A DNA stretch of 61,349 nt from a virus (lineage: Duplodnaviria > Caudoviricetes), in the IMG/VR virus record IMGVR_UViG_3300028383_000142, positions 1 to 61,349 of that record; one strand, given 5' to 3'. Positions within the stretch are counted from its first letter, which is position 1; the number at the start of each line of letters is the position of its first letter. The notes beneath the pieces were generated by a model. That model had not been told where the DNA came from and made no database searches. It was given only the letters and a program-made list of their open reading frames with translations. A program made the position numbers and the translations under genes. This document shows positions 58,231 to 61,349 of the stretch, one piece after another.

Positions 58231-58825
58231 TGCTTTGCTGTGTATGTGACGTGGATACTAACATCCCACTCACTGTATGTATATGAAAGAGGGTACCCGG
58301 ATTGTCAGAAAAGATTACGTTCCAGTATTTGCGCCAGCATCGGGTGATCTGGGGTCGCACCCTCTGTTCTCTCAGATCCGCCCGTGCAATCGAGTCGGTC
58401 GTCGAAGCCATATTATCTGTCCAGAATGAATCGATACCCCACAGATGCACCGAGTCGCCGTGGCTGTGATATGCATCAAGGGCGTACAGTAGTCCGTGCT
58501 GTCCCGAGTTCATTGCCAAGTCCTTCGAGACTGATGGGTACCGGGTCAGATCCATCACACACTCGACAGGGTATTCTAGTAGATCTCGCCAGTGCGGGTC
58601 TCGCCGGTCACCATACTCGGCGGCTCGATCGGACAGTAGAACCGGGGCCGGGGGAATATGTCCTTTTAGCAGACACTTCATTGCCCTTACATCGATGAGG
58701 GACACGAAGTTCGGGCGGTACGCTCGGTCCGAGAAGTTACACCCAACAAACATATCGGTGTCTGGGTGATCATTCCGCTCAAACAACCTGATCGACGGTC
58801 CGTTACCCAAGATGTGGATGGCCAT
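58175..58825 (-). CDS. Rossmann-like glycosyltransferase (sialyltransferase/MAF_flag10-like)
   Basis: HILGNGPS..VGCN..ID..NSG..HLWGID; RBS GGAGG. Confidence 0.65.
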   Translation of the reverse strand: MAIHILGNGPSIRLFERNDHPDTDMFVGCNFSDRAYRPNFVSLIDVRAMKCLLKGHIPPAPVLLSDRAAEYGDRRDPHWRDLLEYPVECVMDLTRYPSVSKDLAMNSGQHGLLYALDAYHSHGDSVHLWGIDSFWTDNMASTTDSIARADLREQRVRPQITRCWRKYWNVIFSDNPGTLFHIHTVSGMLVSTSHTQQSNVQVVHHDDDGCKRSARF

Positions 58826-58843
58826 TCTACAAATCCTCCAGAC

Positions 58844-58885
58844 AAAAAAATACCCGGTTCTTTGGGTAATAAGGAAGAACCGGGT
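58844..58885 (-). terminator. Terminator closing the tmRNA coding piece
   Basis: ACCCGGUUCUU-loop-AAGAACCGGGU-AUUUUUU. Confidence 0.8.
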
Positions 58886-59085
58886 CGAAAAACCCCATCA
58901 GGCTCACGCGGCCTGAGTGTATACCTCATCGTTGGCAGGTATTAACGTTTGCAGATTTACGGTCTGGCTTACCGATTCTCCACGATGATTCGTCTGCCTC
59001 GTCGAAACCATGACGCTCCCATTGAAGTGGTGGAAGCGGCGGGAGTCGAACCCGCGTCCGAAACATCTCGCCATCGCTTCATCGA
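58850..59085 (-). ncRNA. ssrA: Circularly permuted (two-piece) tmRNA; tag (A)ANDEVYTQAA
   Basis: T-arm plus CGCUUCC-ACCA (ends 59028), 7-nt spacer, then GGGAGCG (starts 59020) giving an acceptor stem with G3.U70; UUCGAC; tag ORF GCC AAC GAT GAG GTA TAC ACT CAG GCC GCG TGA at 58936-58904. Confidence 0.92.
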
Positions 59086-59112
59086 ATTCTATTTGTTTAT
59101 AAACACTCTAAC

Positions 59113-59224
59113 GAACAATGGACCGACTCGATAGCTCTTATACGGATTACCGATGTTGAATCTGTACTCTCCCCACTGAAGTGGTGTACCCTTGCTCCAA
59201 CTTACCCAGCGCCAGTCCCAGTTC
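59113..59224 (-). ncRNA. Unassigned structured RNA candidate B
   Basis: GGACUGGC/GUCGGUCC closing stem, CCAC-UUCA-GUGG hairpin, GAUU/AAUC stem; directly upstream of the tmRNA. Confidence 0.55.
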
Positions 59225-59435
59225 ATTCTTTGTCTTCAAGTTTTAATGAAGTAACTTTGTTCCCATATACACATATTTTCCAAAGTTGACCAATTTGAGC
59301 AAACTCGATCATTTGATGGCTATCAGATCCTTCATCCACCACAGAATTAATGCTAACTTGGTATTTTTCCAATAGGGTAGCCAATTCTGCTTGAAACTTT
59401 CGTGCTTGCCTTTCTCTTACTTCATTCATGCTCAT
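59223..59435 (-). CDS. Hypothetical protein (AT-rich)
   Basis: 70 aa; RBS GGAG. Confidence 0.6.
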   Translation of the reverse strand: MSMNEVRERQARKFQAELATLLEKYQVSINSVVDEGSDSHQMIEFAQIGQLWKICVYGNKVTSLKLEDKE

Positions 59436-59436
59436 T

Positions 59437-59640
59437 TCATTCTACAACTCCTTTCGCTTCACTAGCTCTTTTCCATTCATCCATAGCCCAAAATTCAATC
59501 TTGTGATCAGCCAAAGAACCATGAGAATGGCCAAACCCAAGATACCGGTATCCTGCGGTACTAAAGTATTTTTTATCGATAACCTGTAGAACCTCTTGGG
59601 GATCGTTTTCTGAATTGAGTACCATTACCATTGTGCTCAT
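59437..59640 (-). CDS. Hypothetical protein (AT-rich)
   Basis: 67 aa; RBS AAGGAG. Confidence 0.65.
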   Translation of the reverse strand: MSTMVMVLNSENDPQEVLQVIDKKYFSTAGYRYLGFGHSHGSLADHKIEFWAMDEWKRASEAKGVVE

Positions 59641-59672
59641 TATTATCTCCTTTCATTCCACTTCATCAACTC

Positions 59673-59847
59673 AAGGAGTGTCCGAGTACAAGCCATGCAT
59701 TGCTCTTTCGACGCACGGGTTCCCAAGGTTACGGCCTTTGAGAAATAATCGGCCCCCGACCTCGCCGCCGGTTATAGCCACGGCCCGATGATGTACCGTG
59801 GGTTCACCGAATCGACCGAATGTCTCTACGCCGCTCGACCACTCCTT
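59673..59847 (-). ncRNA. Unassigned 175-nt multi-branched structured RNA candidate C
   Basis: AAGGAGUG/CACUCCUU plus UCGAG/CUCGG closing stem; CGGCGUA/UGCGUCG; CCACGGU/GCCGUGG; GAGGU/ACCUU; GATAAATA upstream at 59860-59867. Confidence 0.6.
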
Positions 59848-59871
59848 CAGTTGACGCTTTATTTATCAGCT

Positions 59872-60354
59872 TCAGTAATTCAGACCGTACGAGTACTCGG
59901 TTGTTCCGTTTACTCGTGTGGCAGTCAGCTTCTCACATCGGTTGTTTCCACTCGCGACATAAGACACATGTACCCATCCGGAGTTCGGATCCTCTGGATC
60001 AAAGTATTCGAGAATCAACTGATCAAACGTCAGGTTGTCCCCGATCCATTGAGCAACTTCCCCGGTCGGCACACCCGGAACCTCAAGGTCGACTGCCTGA
60101 CCGGTCCGATGCTGGGATCTCGGTGAACCGCCGATCGCAGAGTTGAGTGCTTCGGACCGATAACCCGACGTAATGATCGTCGGTCCAAAGTGATCGCGCA
60201 CCGGTTGTGCCACGTTCTGAAACAGGACGATCGCATTGTTCAGATGCTGGTCAGTCGGAGTATTGTCGATACCACGACGTGCGGCGGTCTGACTTTTTAG
60301 ATACTCACGGAGAGTAAAGTTTTCTGATAGTCTTGAGTTCAGGTCCATGGTCAC
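59872..60354 (-). CDS. Peptidase M15 (D-Ala-D-Ala carboxypeptidase family) endolysin
   Basis: LSENFTL.E..KS.TA.R.GIDN; SGYRS..LN..IGGS..SQH..GQAVD; FDQLILE; WVHVS. Confidence 0.9.
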   Translation of the reverse strand: MTMDLNSRLSENFTLREYLKSQTAARRGIDNTPTDQHLNNAIVLFQNVAQPVRDHFGPTIITSGYRSEALNSAIGGSPRSQHRTGQAVDLEVPGVPTGEVAQWIGDNLTFDQLILEYFDPEDPNSGWVHVSYVASGNNRCEKLTATRVNGTTEYSYGLNY

Positions 60355-60615
60355 TCACCCCTCTCCTTTGTATATCTTGTACAAATGATCCTCGAACTGC
60401 TCGACTTTCTCGACACGATTCGGCCAATAGATGTACTCCTTTGAGGGATTGGCCTTTAGCTGATTCAGCAGTGGAGTAATCGCATTGTACAACTTGTTCA
60501 CGCGTTCCTCAAGAGAAGTAGCTTCCTCTACCTGAGTCGAGAGTTGCTGCACCGCTTCGAGTTCGTCCTCGTTGACGGCAGTAAAACCAAAGTCGAATAG
60601 ATTGTCATCAGACAT
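60355..60615 (-). CDS. Conserved T4-like marine phage protein
   Basis: FDFGFTAV.EDEL..LYNAITPLL..LK.NP.KEYIYWPNR. Confidence 0.8.
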   Translation of the reverse strand: MSDDNLFDFGFTAVNEDELEAVQQLSTQVEEATSLEERVNKLYNAITPLLNQLKANPSKEYIYWPNRVEKVEQFEDHLYKIYKGEG

Positions 60616-60617
60616 AA

Positions 60618-60806
60618 TTAGTCTCTTAACTCATTGGGTTTGTTCACCGTAACCGTGAAGGGTACCTTACTCAGTCCCCGAGCACGTCGAACCGCACGAT
60701 CCACACGATCATTTTCCCGATCCGGATCCCGAATGTATCGGTTCATACGATCGACATCGGCTCCAGTGACTTTCACGACGCCGAATGCGTCTGACTGTAC
60801 AGCCAT
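60618..60806 (-). CDS. Hypothetical protein
   Basis: 62-aa packed ORF. Confidence 0.6.
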   Translation of the reverse strand: MAVQSDAFGVVKVTGADVDRMNRYIRDPDRENDRVDRAVRRARGLSKVPFTVTVNKPNELRD

Positions 60807-60807
60807 G

Positions 60808-61029
60808 TCAGTATACCTTACAGAACGGTCGAATCGTCACGACGTACTGCTCGCCGTCGAGTGTACCCTCGAACTGTCGTGATGCGTCCGGGGAGACTCG
60901 ACCCTCACTGGATTCGGTCAGGATACCGCACACCTCGACGCGTGTATGATCGCCCATCTCGTATGAGGAACACGTCGCCTGACCGGTCGAACACGTGATG
61001 ACTGCTGTAAGAAAAAGTTCTGCTAACAT
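60808..61029 (-). CDS. Small Cys-containing protein with hydrophobic N-terminus
   Basis: Start moved to ATG 61029 (TAATG overlap): MLAELFLTAVITCSTGQATC.. Confidence 0.6.
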   Translation of the reverse strand: MLAELFLTAVITCSTGQATCSSYEMGDHTRVEVCGILTESSEGRVSPDASRQFEGTLDGEQYVVTIRPFCKVY

Positions 61030-61349
61030 TATCGAATCTCCACCCATGACAGCGAAGCAAAGGCATTCTTGGACGCAGATACACATGCTATCGCAATTGT
61101 AAATGTCTGCCCTTCGGTACCCAAGTTATTTCGCCCAAGCTGAAGAAGAGCCTCGTCGGGAAATACCACTGCCCGATTGTTTCCGGCAGGGAGGAATCCC
61201 GTCTGAAGCGCCTCGCCACCCGTGAAGGTCGTGGCCTCGTAGTCGTACTCACAGAAGCTGCGAGGAGATACGTCCTGCCAGTTCGCACCCGTGAGAGTGG
61301 TGTTCCTCAGTACCTTGTAGTAGATCGCCGTGTTGTCGAGTGTCGCTGC
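61029..61349 (-). CDS. C-terminus of a virion structural protein (5' end outside the window), probably RYQPG family
   Basis: Translated by hand: AATLDNTAIYYKVLRNTTLTGANW..LQLGRNNLGTEGQTFTIAIA..ASLSWVEIR*; resembles the SSLTWEEQ end of 18583..21585. Confidence 0.7.
   Translation of the reverse strand, partial: AATLDNTAIYYKVLRNTTLTGANWQDVSPRSFCEYDYEATTFTGGEALQTGFLPAGNNRAVVFPDEALLQLGRNNLGTEGQTFTIAIACVSASKNAFASLSWVEIR

Noticed and set aside
59673-59847. RNase P RNA or tRNA
   Set aside because: It lacks GAGGAAAGUCC and the correct P4 order. The 5' end resembles a D-arm, but there is no T-loop or CCA.
61088-61288. ORF-track 66-aa ORF as a gene
   Set aside because: It overlaps a better frame (61029..>61349) encoding a structural-protein C-terminus.

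Overview
A 61-kb segment of a large T4-like (Kyanoviridae/marine-T4-like) myovirus genome. Most genes are on the minus strand, late promoters are T4-type (TATAAATA), and the virion proteins are strongly acidic. From left to right: (1) a mosaic receptor-binding/fibre region (1-8.7 kb) with a LamG/arabinofuranosidase-like fibre, a C-type-lectin (Mtd-like) DGR-target gene, a truncated HNH gene that appears fused to a reverse-transcriptase C-terminal stub, a BspA-like LRR protein with 78-bp tandem repeats, and tail fibres; (2) cyanophage-type giant virion proteins (PA14, plant-type LRR, RYQPG-family, beta-helix, DUF4815/VrlC-like); (3) baseplate and tail genes gp8, gp7, gp6, gp25, PAAR, gp5, hub, gp53, gp48, gp4, gp2, gp54, gp26, gp51 and tape measure; (4) gp32, gp59, gp33 and a SleB hydrolase; (5) an accessory region with putative capsid-targeted proteins, three tRNAs (Ser, Trp, Asn), a circularly permuted two-piece tmRNA, three unassigned structured RNAs and an M15 endolysin. 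The most notable observations are the apparently collapsed DGR, the permuted tmRNA with neighbouring ncRNAs (two share a terminal helix), a lambda G/GT-like -1 frameshift joining gp26 to gp51 just before the tape measure gene, and a perfect sigma70 promoter firing antisense into gp4. All product calls come from motif recognition by eye; no database searches were run.
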